The notes beneath the pieces are model-generated. The model was not told the origin of the DNA and did not search any database. It saw nothing but the letters and a program-made list of their open reading frames with translations. The position numbers and the translations under genes were made by a program. A DNA stretch of 64,000 bases, from positions 608,001-672,000 of the forward strand of contig CBDANS010000007.1 in the NCBI GenBank assembly GCA_965197745.1. The letters are read 5' to 3'. This stretch comes from Opitutales bacterium. GTDB lineage: Bacteria > Verrucomicrobiota > Verrucomicrobiia > Opitutales > PNEW01. The first letter of the stretch is position 1, and each line of letters starts with the position of its first letter. Shown one piece after another: positions 50,961 to 61,020 of this stretch.

Positions 50961-51230
50961 CTATCTCGGTCTTGTCAAGATGAGCTCGCGGGGGTATAAT
51001 CCGGGCTCTTTCAATTGTTTGAGATTAGCCAGGTTAGATCGGAGGTTCCCAGGCTTCGTCTTGAACTCCGCTAACGCGGGTTCCAGAGGCAGAATGAACT
51101 CTTCCGATTTGCTCCCGGCTCCTCTTATTAGGAGTCGGGAGTTCCTGGCACTCTCAACCGTAGACACTGTTGAAAGCTTTTTCCAGTCCTTCCTCCGACG
51201 TGTTACGATGACCCATTCTCGGAAGGACTC
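50961..51230 (-). ncRNA. Predicted IS110 bridge RNA (target-binding loop ~51039-51107, donor-binding loop ~50963-51025); 5' end uncertain
   Basis: Guides TCTGCCTCT (51085-93) and AAGACGAAG (51054-62) match the target flanks; ACAATTG (51012-18) and ACAAG (50971-75) match the donor junction. Confidence 0.88.
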
Positions 51231-51339
51231 AAAAGGTTGTCTTATCATCGCGGGGTAACCTACAAGAGGCAGACGCAGACGAAGAGTGTAATATGATATA
51301 TTTGTGGTGGTAAAGGGTAGATATTAATTACCCCCCATT

Positions 51340-51474
51340 TTCGTCTATGTCCTCGTCTGCGTCTGCATCCTAAAAACCTTCAATTCCCGGCGATTGGAAT
51401 CCTCTCAATAGCGAACCAGAAGATGGTAGTCTGTTGATCCTGGACGAGGTCGAAGAGGCAGACGAAGACGAAGA
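51340..51474. repeat. Mini-element with inverted hexamer arrays; uninterrupted sibling of 49897-50017 + 51267-51285
   Basis: Shared GTCTGCATCCTAAAAA and TGGACGA.G.CGAAGAGGCAGACG segments. Confidence 0.8.
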
Positions 51475-51499
51475 TTTTATATATTATTTTAACCCGCTT

Positions 51500-51729
51500 T
51501 CTCCAAGCCCCAGCGGGGCGATACATATTTAGCCCATTGCGCAAGCAATGGGTATTGTGATCTACCATCCATTTTCAGAGCCCTGGAAGGTCGACACATA
51601 TAGACTGTCAATCCGGTTTGTGTCGCCCCTCTGGGGCTTTTTTTTTCGTTAATTATTTCCCACAGCTAAAGCTATGGACTATGATTGTTTCACCCCTCCG
51701 GGGTGAAATCAACTGGGTAGACGAAGAGC
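51500..51729 (-). repeat. ~230-bp composite palindromic element, copy 2
   Basis: Reverse complement of 37025-37256. Confidence 0.85.
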
Positions 51730-51773
51730 AAATTATGGAATTCTTCTACTGACGATAAAGAAACATTAGCCGA

Positions 51774-52325
51774 TTACGCATCACCTTTATTTATTCGTTG
51801 GCTGGCTTCTCTATCGAGCATGAGTAAAGCGGCAGGTTCATTGCCGGCAATTTTTAAACTATCACACATATGTCGTGCTATCGTTTCCTCTTCTATCTGT
51901 TCATCGATGAACCACCGGACAAAACTCTTAGTCTGAAAATCGCCAATTTCATCAGCTAATTGATAAATTAAACCGATTTTTTCCGAACCGTGGCACTCTT
52001 GAATCAGAGCTGTTTGGAATACATCGTGAATGCTTGTGTAGGTGTTTGCGGGGGAAGTGATTGGCTTTAAATCGACATTACCATTCCTATCCAAAAGATA
52101 ATCAAAAAATTTCATGGCATGCATATATTCCTCTTCAGCCTGAAATCGAAGCCACTTAGCAAACCCCCGGAACCCCTGACCATCCATCCATGCTGACATC
52201 GACAGGTAATGGTACTGGGCGGTTAATTCCATATTAATCTGTTCGTTAAGAGAGTCCTCTACTTTTTTTGGGACTTTATTATCCAGTTTTTTTCCGCTGG
52301 CTATTTTTGTTTTTTTTGCGCTCAT
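51774..52325 (-). CDS. ftn: Non-heme ferritin
   Basis: LNEQINME...YLSM, EEYMHAMKF, WFIDEQIEEE. Confidence 0.9.
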   Translation of the reverse strand: MSAKKTKIASGKKLDNKVPKKVEDSLNEQINMELTAQYHYLSMSAWMDGQGFRGFAKWLRFQAEEEYMHAMKFFDYLLDRNGNVDLKPITSPANTYTSIHDVFQTALIQECHGSEKIGLIYQLADEIGDFQTKSFVRWFIDEQIEEETIARHMCDSLKIAGNEPAALLMLDREASQRINKGDA

Positions 52326-52456
52326 AGGATTACTTATTTGGGAATACTATTTTGAATTTATGCTATTAATTGTTTTCTGCGATAAAAGTAAAATGGAGAT
52401 CAAATTGTAAGTAAGGGAGTGGAGGATGCAATAATATCAATTAACTGGCGAGGCAT

Positions 52457-52993
52457 TTATTCTATCCAAACAAGGGTGCTTACCGGGGTCTCATCGTAGA
52501 GCGTAAGAATATCCTGATTTTTCAATTCAATACAGCCGGAAGACTGGGGTTTGCTGATGCGCTCTTCATGGTTGGTGCCGTGAATGTAGATTAGCCGGTT
52601 ATAGGAATCGCAAAGGGGGCCCTGGTTTTTTCCTGGTTCGAGGCCGCTCAACCAGAGGATACGGGAGGTAATGAGATTCGCCTGTTGTTCCTGGTCCGAG
52701 TATTCTGAAAATAATTTACCGGTCTCTACACGCCCTTTAAAGACGGCACCCGGGGGCGCGTGGTCTCCAATTTTTTCGGCCACGCAATGAAGGCCGAGCG
52801 GTGTGCCGAGGGAATTTTCCAAACAGGAAGGCGGTGCGATGGAGGTAGATACCGGGTATTCTTTTTTTAATTGGTGCTGGTGAAAGTGCTGTAGTTTTTG
52901 CTCGCTTATTGTGATATAATAGACATCTTTTGTGGGCTTGATTTTAAGCGTATCACAATATTCAATAATAGGTTCTATAGGAGAGACTAACAT
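52457..52993 (-). CDS. L,D-transpeptidase (YkuD family)
   Basis: TPLG, IYIHGT, SSGCI; likely ATG at 52993. Confidence 0.87.
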   Translation of the reverse strand: MLVSPIEPIIEYCDTLKIKPTKDVYYITISEQKLQHFHQHQLKKEYPVSTSIAPPSCLENSLGTPLGLHCVAEKIGDHAPPGAVFKGRVETGKLFSEYSDQEQQANLITSRILWLSGLEPGKNQGPLCDSYNRLIYIHGTNHEERISKPQSSGCIELKNQDILTLYDETPVSTLVWIE

Positions 52994-54036
52994 TGGAGAG
53001 CAAATACAATCTGGGAATTGTCGGCGCAACGGGTGCAGTGGGTCAAGAATTGATTCGCTTCATTCATGAGCGCAATTTTCCCTGTGCCCAAATTCGACTT
53101 CTCGCTTCGGCTCGCTCCGCGGGCAAGACCCTGGAGTACAAGGGACAAAAATGGACGGTGGAAGAAGCCAGGCCAGAAAGCTTTGATGACTTGGATATCG
53201 CGATCTTCAGTGCCGGCGGGAGCACATCCAGAAAATTGGCATCCGAAGCGGTGGAACGTGGTTGTTTAGTCATCGATAATAGTTCCGCCTTTCGCATGGA
53301 TCCTCGTGTGCCGCTCGTCGTACCCGAGATAAACGCACAGGCCGCGTCCCGTCACGAGGGAATAATAGCTAACCCGAATTGCACTACGGTCGTCGCCTTA
53401 ATGGGTTTATATCCCCTGCATAAAGCTTTTGGATTGAAGCGTTTTTTCGCGGCCACTTATCAGGCAGTGTCCGGTACTGGTGCCGCTGGCATAGTTGAAC
53501 TCGAAGAGCAGGTGAAGGCCTGGACCTCGGGTGAAAGCTTAAGTCCGGAAGTCTATCCTCACCCTATAGCCTTCAATCTTTTACCTTACGTCGATGCATT
53601 CCTTGAGGACGGTTATACGACAGAGGAACACAAGATGCAGAATGAAAGCCGAAAGATTCTGGACGAGTCTGACATTCAAGCTTCGACGACCTGTGTGCGA
53701 GTCCCGGTATTCCGGGCCCATTCCGTAGTCATAAACGCCGAATTTAAAAATCCTGTTGATCTCGATGTGGCCCGTCAGGCGATCGTCGATTTTTCCGGCA
53801 GTGAACTCGTTGATGATCCTTCGAACGCACGCTATCCCATGCCACTGGATTTTACAGAAAAAGAAAGTTGCGGGGTAGGGCGGATTCGTCGTGACAGTGT
53901 CTTTGAAAACGGCCTGGCTTTTTGGGTCGTGGGGGACCAGCTGTGGAAAGGTGCCGCTTTAAATGCCATTCAAATTGCTGAATACATGCATGAAAATGGT
54001 CTCTTAAAGACCCTCCGTAAAACGATTCCATCTTAA
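52993..54036 (+). CDS. asd: Aspartate-semialdehyde dehydrogenase
   Basis: GATGAVG, DNSSAFR, NPNC, YQAVSG, CVRVP; TTG start with AGGAG upstream. Confidence 0.96.
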   Translation: MESKYNLGIVGATGAVGQELIRFIHERNFPCAQIRLLASARSAGKTLEYKGQKWTVEEARPESFDDLDIAIFSAGGSTSRKLASEAVERGCLVIDNSSAFRMDPRVPLVVPEINAQAASRHEGIIANPNCTTVVALMGLYPLHKAFGLKRFFAATYQAVSGTGAAGIVELEEQVKAWTSGESLSPEVYPHPIAFNLLPYVDAFLEDGYTTEEHKMQNESRKILDESDIQASTTCVRVPVFRAHSVVINAEFKNPVDLDVARQAIVDFSGSELVDDPSNARYPMPLDFTEKESCGVGRIRRDSVFENGLAFWVVGDQLWKGAALNAIQIAEYMHENGLLKTLRKTIPS

Positions 54037-54123
54037 GGCTGTATTTGGTTCTCCGGCTTTTCGAAATTCCTTGCCCTTGCCAATAGATTATCAAAACTTT
54101 TTTGTCTTTTCGATTAGATTTGT

Positions 54124-54200
54124 GGGCTTGTAGCTCAGTTGGCTAGAGCGCTTGCTTTACACGCAAGATGTCGGCGGTTCGAGTCCGTCCAAGCCCACCA
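54124..54200 (+). tRNA. tRNA-Val(TAC)
   Basis: GGGCTTG acceptor stem; CTTGC-TT-TAC-AC-GCAAG; GTTCGAGTC; encoded CCA. Confidence 0.96.
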
Positions 54201-54414
54201 CTGATTTTATAAGTTAATCATTTCCGCCCGTTTTGAGGGCGCTAATGCGCTTCATTCGCGAATTTGACACGCGGAACATACTTCAAGTGTCGCTGGTGTA
54301 TAATTACTGTCGCTTCTGGACAAACGTTAGCGGTTTTCTCAAGGACCACTTTCTGATAAAATTACATCAATTTAAAATATTGTTAGTTTAGAATTTCCAA
54401 CTTCTGCTGAAAAT

Positions 54415-55152
54415 ATGAATAGTATACTTATCATTGAAGATGATGAATACTTTAGAGATCTGCTAAAGCAATTATTTGAAGCAGAAGACTATACGGTATT
54501 GGTAGCCTCGAACAGCAGGGGCGCCTTAAAAATCCTTCAGGAAGAAAATCCGGATCTCATAATTACGGATATTATAATGGAAGATATAGACGGTCTTGAA
54601 ATTATAATGGAGATAAAGAAGAAGAGCCCGGAAAAACCGATAATCGCCATTAGTGGTGGGGGCTCCATAGGCCCCAAAGCTTATTTGAGTTCGGCTAAGG
54701 CTTTAGGAGCGGACTTTACTTTTAGAAAACCGTTTTCAACCGATAAAATGTTGGACGCCGTAAAATCGATCATGACGACATCGATCAGAAAAATACTGGT
54801 CATCGAGGATGATGATAATTTTCGAGAGATGCTGAAGCAAATACTTGAGGTTGAGGGTTATAAAGTCATCGAGGCATCAGATGGCCGCACTGCCTTAAAG
54901 ATACTTCAGGAAGAAAATCCGGATCTTATAATTACAGACATTATAATGGAAGATATAGATGGTCTCGAAATTATCATGGAAATTAAAGAGGATAGACCGA
55001 CAAGGCCCATTATAGCCATAAGTGGCGGCGGTTCCATAGGCCCCAGTGCTTATTTAAGTTCGGCAAAAGTTTTAGGTGCAGATCATACTTTTACCAAGCC
55101 GTTTTCATTTGAAGATATACAAAGTACCCTGAAAGAACTGCTTGATCAATAA
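54415..55152 (+). CDS. Response regulator with two tandem receiver domains, no output domain
   Basis: ALKILQEENPDLIITDIIMEDIDGLEIIMEIK occurs twice. Confidence 0.9.
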   Translation: MNSILIIEDDEYFRDLLKQLFEAEDYTVLVASNSRGALKILQEENPDLIITDIIMEDIDGLEIIMEIKKKSPEKPIIAISGGGSIGPKAYLSSAKALGADFTFRKPFSTDKMLDAVKSIMTTSIRKILVIEDDDNFREMLKQILEVEGYKVIEASDGRTALKILQEENPDLIITDIIMEDIDGLEIIMEIKEDRPTRPIIAISGGGSIGPSAYLSSAKVLGADHTFTKPFSFEDIQSTLKELLDQ

Positions 55153-56396
55153 TACTTCCAGTAATCGGCTGTATAACTGGGTTCGTCTCCGGTAATGTCA
55201 GTTAGATTTTCATCGAAATGAAAATTATAATCCCCATTGAAAACGACTTTATTCCCGAGCAGTGAGCCAAACATATCTCCTTTTTTCTCTAAATATATTC
55301 TCACCTGGGGGGCGTAGATTCCAGCATAGAGAGGCGCCTTTCCACCCAGCTTATATTTTGCTTTTTTATCCTTTGATGCGGTGGAATAAATAATCACATT
55401 ATCGGGATCTTGAGGGGTATTAACTAGGCCCTGGCCCTTTACCGAGAGATCATCCCCGATATAGAGTGTGAGCTTACCGTGGGGTTCATTGACTTGGATT
55501 GATCCCTCTATGGTCAGGTCGTCGTCGACGACCAGGGCCACGTTGCCGTTAATATGTAAAGTCTGCTTTTTATCTATATCGAGATCGTCATCAATATGAT
55601 ATTTTTCAAGATTAGGACCGGTGCCTAATTTTATTACAGGGGAGGAGGGCAACTTGGTCGTTGTCGATACCTCCAATGGTTTGACTTCAGGGAAAAATGG
55701 TTGAAACCCCTGGGCAATGCGAATATCATCGATTTTCTGTTCGGATGGAGTGTCAAATCCGTATATCCTACCTTGATTGCCCACATCAGGAGATTTTTTC
55801 CAGGTGGAGATATAGCCGTAAATTTCAGCTGCAGCCTTTTTATTAGAAAGGACATTTCGGCCTACCAGTGTCCCATTGTCGTAGCGATTAAAGAAAGGGT
55901 CATAGTTTCCCTCGCTGGAATTGTAACTATCGACAAAGACTTTTCCTTTATTGGTGAAGATAATATCATTGCGGGCAGTGATGGCATTTGGAAATTGAGA
56001 GCGTAATCGCAGATCAACCATCAGATTTTTCTTATAATTTTCACCATTATCGAGATCAATGCTGGCAAGACTGTATATGCGAGGAGCGGGAAGCTGGTCG
56101 AGGACGATAAGGGTCACTTGAGCGGAGTTGCCGCTTCCTATATCAAAGCTGGGCATTGTTTTAATGGACCATGAGCCGAAAGCATTCCAGCCGGTCCAGT
56201 CATCTTTATTTAGAGAAAGAACGGCGATCTCAGCACCTGCCTTCGCCACATCTTTTATTTGTCTTTAGAAGTAACTATCTTCAGCAATTTTTAATTCTTG
56301 GATAGAGGAACCTAAAAAGCTGGCAACAACGAAGCCAAAAATGCTGGCAACCATCAATGCGATAATGAGGATCGATCCTTTTTTTTCTGTATTCAT
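55146..56396 (-). pseudogene. PilX-like minor pilin/adhesin with in-frame TAA at 56265-56267
   Basis: MNTEKKG|SILIIALMV start overlaps the upstream stop and is in frame with the 367-aa ORF. Confidence 0.72.
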
Positions 56397-56944
56397 CAGT
56401 TACCAATTCTTTTGTTGCTCATGGTGTTGCGTGTATAAACGATGTATTGATTATTTTTCAGTCCGTTTCGGCGTTCCAGTGTTGAGTCCAATTGAATGAG
56501 TTTGGTATCAATGCTCTTGTCAGTTGCTTTTCCTGTCGAGGTGTAGTAAGTGAATTTTAAGTCTTCCACTCCACGCATGAGGGTGGATTGACTTTCAGTT
56601 AATGTGCGCGTGAGAGTCTTTTCAGCTGCGTTGTATTTATATTCCACATCATAAGTTTTACCGCCTGATTTCTCGGGGATTTGAATCGTAAAATTATCTG
56701 TATCTAATGCTATGATCGATGAAGCATTGCCAACATCCTCAGCAAAAGTGTATCGTGCCCGATTGGCATTAGAATTCATATCCGAATAATTACTAAGGCT
56801 GTAACTGCTCTTCATGATGGTGAGCAGAGAGGAACTGAGTGATGTCATAATTATTGATCCCACTGACATTACGATAATCACTTCAATGAGACTGAAGCCT
56901 CTCCTCATACCGGCTTTTTTAAAGTGCTTCATACAGGTTATCAT
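56396..56944 (-). CDS. Prepilin-type (PilW-like) protein
   Basis: RRG|FSLIEVII. Confidence 0.82.
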   Translation of the reverse strand: MITCMKHFKKAGMRRGFSLIEVIIVMSVGSIIMTSLSSSLLTIMKSSYSLSNYSDMNSNANRARYTFAEDVGNASSIIALDTDNFTIQIPEKSGGKTYDVEYKYNAAEKTLTRTLTESQSTLMRGVEDLKFTYYTSTGKATDKSIDTKLIQLDSTLERRNGLKNNQYIVYTRNTMSNKRIGN

Positions 56945-57359
56945 TGAGTCCCAGCCTCGAGTAATAAGTCATCAGTTCTCGCGTGCGGGTCTTATTTTTA
57001 AAATCATTCCAGGATACGATTAATCGTATTTCTTTTAAATCAGCTATGGTTGCATGATTATTAACCTGTCGTTTACAGGTGTAATCCTTAAGGGGTATTT
57101 CGGGGAAATACGTTTTAGGATCAAAGGTTCCTTTTTTTGGAAGTTTTTTTATGGCCTGCCAATTTAACGTTTGAATTTGATTCATCTCGCATTGCAGCAG
57201 CTCGGTGACAAAATTAGTTTGTTCGGCATTTTCCGAAACAACCAGGGCCTGTCCCAACGCGCTGAAACAGCCAGCCAGTATTACCGTTAATACACTTACC
57301 CCCATCATCATTTCGACGAGGGTAAAACCTTTGAATTTTGCGATATGCCTTGCTTGCAT
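56919..57359 (-). CDS. Prepilin-type (PilV-like) protein
   Basis: KG|FTLVEMM. Confidence 0.82.
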   Translation of the reverse strand: MQARHIAKFKGFTLVEMMMGVSVLTVILAGCFSALGQALVVSENAEQTNFVTELLQCEMNQIQTLNWQAIKKLPKKGTFDPKTYFPEIPLKDYTCKRQVNNHATIADLKEIRLIVSWNDFKNKTRTRELMTYYSRLGLNDNLYEAL

Positions 57360-57644
57360 ACCCTTTAATATAGCAAATAAACATGCCTTTCCCCATCGGA
57401 CAATAACTGTAATTTTTTATTAGAGTAGGCCTGAGATTCGCTAAGAATAATTGAGCAGCGCGGCTGAGGAAAATCCTGTAGTGAGGCATTGAAGTAATCA
57501 TCAATAAATGACAATGGAGTAGCTTCATCTCGAAAAATCGCTTAAGGTTATGCTTAAATTCAATTAACTTTAAGCCTGTTTAAAAAATGATAATCATGGC
57601 ATGAATTAGGGCTGACACTCTATATCAAAGAATTCCTTCAAATA

Positions 57645-58058
57645 TTATCTGTAAATCGACGCCATTTTAAAAATTTCAGGACTGAAATAGCTTCCGCCCC
57701 CGGCAATTGATTTCACAGCTTTGACTAATTCTTCCAGCTTGCCAGACTTTAAGACGTATCCATCTGCATTTCCACGAAAGGCAATTTCAACAGCCTCCTT
57801 GTTCGCAATGCCAGAATATATGAGAATTTTTACTTGAGGCATTTTATTTTTCAAAAGATGCAATATCTCCAATCCATTTACTTCCGGTAAGCGAATGTCT
57901 ACGATGACTATATCCGGATTTAGATCTATACATTCTTTTATTGCGTCCTGGCCATCGCCGGTTGATCCAATAATTTCATATTCGGGGATTAACTCGGGAA
58001 TATGCGTTATCAGTAGATTTCTTACGATATCATCATCTTCTATGACATATATTTTCAT
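57645..58058 (-). CDS. NarL-type receiver domain lacking the HTH
   Basis: IEDD, VDIRLP, GYVLK; ends after YFSPEI. Confidence 0.8.
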   Translation of the reverse strand: MKIYVIEDDDIVRNLLITHIPELIPEYEIIGSTGDGQDAIKECIDLNPDIVIVDIRLPEVNGLEILHLLKNKMPQVKILIYSGIANKEAVEIAFRGNADGYVLKSGKLEELVKAVKSIAGGGSYFSPEIFKMASIYR

Positions 58059-58135
58059 GGTATTTTTTATTTTTCCTTATCGAACCTGTTTAACTGTCAG
58101 ATAAAATTCGGCTTTCTATATTCGGAAATATTGGT

Positions 58136-58648
58136 TTAGGAGCCGGAATGAAAAACCGCGTATACGACACCGACAATATTTTCAGTTGTTACCCACTCAT
58201 TATCCATAACCTGGTTGTTCAAGCCTTGAGCCATCCACTTTTTCCCCTGTTTTCTAATGAGTTGATGAATAATGATTTGTCCGTATTTATATCTGTAGGC
58301 AATCATCGTGCCCCGAGTTAAGCTGTCGAAATCCGCGGGTCTGATTACAAAGAATGAATTTTCACCGTATACCGGCATCATCGATTCCCCTGCGCCGTGC
58401 CCGATCATGACTCCAAAATACCCCCTTCTAATTAATTGCGCTGCTCTTGTCGCGCTGCCGCTATCGACCGTGGAGATGGGAGAGATTTTCAATTTTTTAG
58501 CGCGTTTAAATTTGAAATCGTTAGAACGATAATGACTGCTCTGGCCCGGGCTGGAGGTAATCGGTGTCAACATCATGATTAATATCATAAATATTAATAT
58601 TTTGCTTTTATTTATTAATGATACTCGGGCCTCGTTTTTATTTTTCAC
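58136..58648 (-). CDS. S24/S26 peptidase-like protein
   Basis: GESMMP, IIH, GLNN...D motifs; N-terminal hydrophobic segment. Confidence 0.6.
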   Translation of the reverse strand: MKNKNEARVSLINKSKILIFMILIMMLTPITSSPGQSSHYRSNDFKFKRAKKLKISPISTVDSGSATRAAQLIRRGYFGVMIGHGAGESMMPVYGENSFFVIRPADFDSLTRGTMIAYRYKYGQIIIHQLIRKQGKKWMAQGLNNQVMDNEWVTTENIVGVVYAVFHSGS

Positions 58649-58843
58649 ACAATCATTGTCGTCAATGTGTGATTAAAGAAAGATCGATAAATTTAAGTAT
58701 AAAGTCAGGTAACAGTATGTATCCAGATGATGAATCAGTATCATAATAAATCATAAGTAAGCTACTGTCGGGATTGATTTATCTACTCAGCCAGATTGGG
58801 GTTAAATGATCCTTGATTAAAACTGATCGAAATGCCCCACCCC

Positions 58844-60193
58844 TGATTGGACCCCGTTTTTCGTACCAATTATTAAGTGAGAGAGTTCCCGGGTATTAAT
58901 GGTTTTAGGATTGATGTATATGAGAGATCTTGGCGAAGTGAGGGCGTAGCCCGAACGCGGCCAAGATCTGAAAGGAATGTGACAAACTCTTGTGGGCTTT
59001 TAAAGCCTAAACGACTGTGGGGATGATCATGGTTATAGGTCTGGCGCCATTGTTCGATTACAACTTGTGCTTCAGCCACGCTGAGCAACACTTCACGGTT
59101 CAAACACTCATCGCGTAAGCGGTTGTGAAACGACTCGATGAAACCGTTTTGCCAGGGACTGCCCGGATCGATATATATCGCCTTGATCTTTTTGTCGGAC
59201 AACGACTGCTGCACTTGATGAGCAATGAATGGCTTCGCATGTCGTCGCTTCGCTCCTCGGAACACTGCCGTTGTCACTACGGATATAGCTGGGAGCTCCC
59301 TCCTTTTCAATGGCCTCGCTAAGCACAGAGAGGACATCCGATGAGGGGAGTTCACGAGCGACCCGGATATCCAGACATTCACGCGTATATGTCTTCGCTT
59401 CGCTTGAGTGTCGTCGCTTTCAGCTCCTCGGTACATCGATCAGAGTCATCATCTTTAATGGACCGCCATGGTCTGTGCGATCATGGACAAAGTCCCAGGA
59501 CCAAAGGTGATTGCGACCGGTTGCTTTAGTAGGCGACCCCGTAGAGACCCCTTGACGGTGTCTACGCTTTTTAGGTGGCTTTACCTGCAACCCTTCTGAA
59601 CGTCGTACCGCCTGAACAAACTTCCTGTTTGTTGTCCAGCCTTCCTTTACGAGCAAGGCACGGATGCGCCGGTAACCGTAGCAGGGATGTTCCCAGGACA
59701 GGGTTATAATCCGCTCGGCCAACCGCTGAGCTTTCTTACTGGCCTGCTTGGGCTGGTAGCTGAAAGTTGACCAACTGAGGCTGAGGTAGGAACAAGCCCT
59801 TCGCAACGAGCACAGCCCTCTCTCAGCCGCATCTTTTACTACTCGCTTCTTCTGCTTGGGGCTCACCACTTTTTTGACAGCGTTTCCTCCATTACCTGAT
59901 TCTTAAGCATTTGATCAGCGAGCATCTTCTTCAACTCGGTGTTTTCTTTTTCCAGCTCTTTAAATCGCTTCGCATCGGCTAGTTCCAAATTGCCATACTT
60001 TTTACCCCAGCGATAGAAGGTCTGTTCACTCACGTTGTTGCCTCGGCAGATTTCCTCTACCGTTTTTCCGGTATCGGCTTGCCGCAGTATTGCGATGATC
60101 TGTTCTGTTGTGTATCTTTTTCTTTTCATGAGGTTATCTGTTTATCCCGATAACCTCTCTCTGTTAATGATACCATTTTTGGGGGTCACTCCA
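58844..60193 (-). mobile_element. IS3-family element, copy 2, with the same two micro-insertions (59233-59263, 59393-59434)
   Basis: Colinear with 9668-11017 (offset 49176); differences seen at 59347 and 59609. Confidence 0.95.
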
Positions 60194-60372
60194 GGATCGA
60201 TAATTAACTGCGCTCAACGATGTGCAAGTTGAGAAATTACGCAGGACCACTGTCGGTTAATTAGCGGACAGGGGGTTGAAACCGTTCCACACTAATATGT
60301 TAAAAATTTGTAAAACATATTATTTGGGTAAGGGGTCAGTTTTACCCTGGTCGAACCGCGAGGATCGTTTCG

Positions 60373-61020
60373 CTACTTTACTTCTTCCAGATCGATCATA
60401 CCTTCAGCGATGGCGTACTTGGTCAGTCCGGCGACATTATGAATATCCAACTTGTTCATAATTCGTTCGCGGTAGGTCTCAATGGTGCGGGTGTTCAAAT
60501 TTAAGTGGGAGGCTATTTCTTTGTTACTCATCCCATTAGTGATGAGTTTAAGAACTTCCTCCTCGCGTCGAGAGAGGTGAACACCGCTGAAATTTATTAT
60601 GGCTGCCTTTAAAATGAGGTCGGATATCTCATCGCTGAAGTAATAGTTACCTTTATTTACTTCTTCGATAGCACGATATAATTCTTCAGGTGAAGCGTCC
60701 TTCAGCATATAGCCAAGCACCCCCAAACTGACAAGCTCCCTCGCATATTCCCTGCTTTTATACACGGTGAGAATGATGACTCTGGACTTTGGAGAAAATT
60801 TCTTGAGTTGTTTCACCACATCTATCCCATTCAGATGGGGCATTCTTATATCCAGGAGAATGATATCAGGAAGTAATTCCCTGGCTTTGGCTAGCGCTTC
60901 TTTGCCGTCTGCTGCTTCCCCTACAATTTGTATATTACTTTTCTCAGACAAATAAGCGCGAATTCCCTCCCTAATGATCGGGTGGTCATCAGCGAGTAAT
61001 ACAGAAACCTTATTTTTCAT
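60373..61020 (-). CDS. NarL/FixJ-family response regulator (REC + LuxR HTH)
   Basis: ADDH, LDIRMP, LSRREEEVL...GMSNKEIA...TIETYR. Confidence 0.93.
   Translation of the reverse strand: MKNKVSVLLADDHPIIREGIRAYLSEKSNIQIVGEAADGKEALAKARELLPDIILLDIRMPHLNGIDVVKQLKKFSPKSRVIILTVYKSREYARELVSLGVLGYMLKDASPEELYRAIEEVNKGNYYFSDEISDLILKAAIINFSGVHLSRREEEVLKLITNGMSNKEIASHLNLNTRTIETYRERIMNKLDIHNVAGLTKYAIAEGMIDLEEVK

Larger units (their letters stand above)
50016..51266 (-). mobile_element. IS110-family element (IS621-like: long left end, very short right end, CT core at both ends)
   Basis: Minus strand reads TCTGCCT-CT-TGTAGG...TGACACAATTG-CT-TCGTCTT; ends supported by guide matches and by the empty sibling site at 51447-51462. 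Confidence 0.93.

Noticed and set aside
50961..51258. ORFs of 95 aa (-) and 124 aa (+) in the IS110 left end
   Set aside because: No protein motifs; the region is explained by the structured bridge RNA.
9668..60193. Composite transposon between the two IS3 copies
   Set aside because: The interval holds core genes and tRNAs, and the outer flanks share no target duplication.
60196..60262. Possible structured RNA (TAATTAAC/GTTAATTA, TGCG/CGCA, CTCAAC/GTTGAG stems)
   Set aside because: Single copy with short stems and no recognisable riboswitch motif; cannot be separated from chance.
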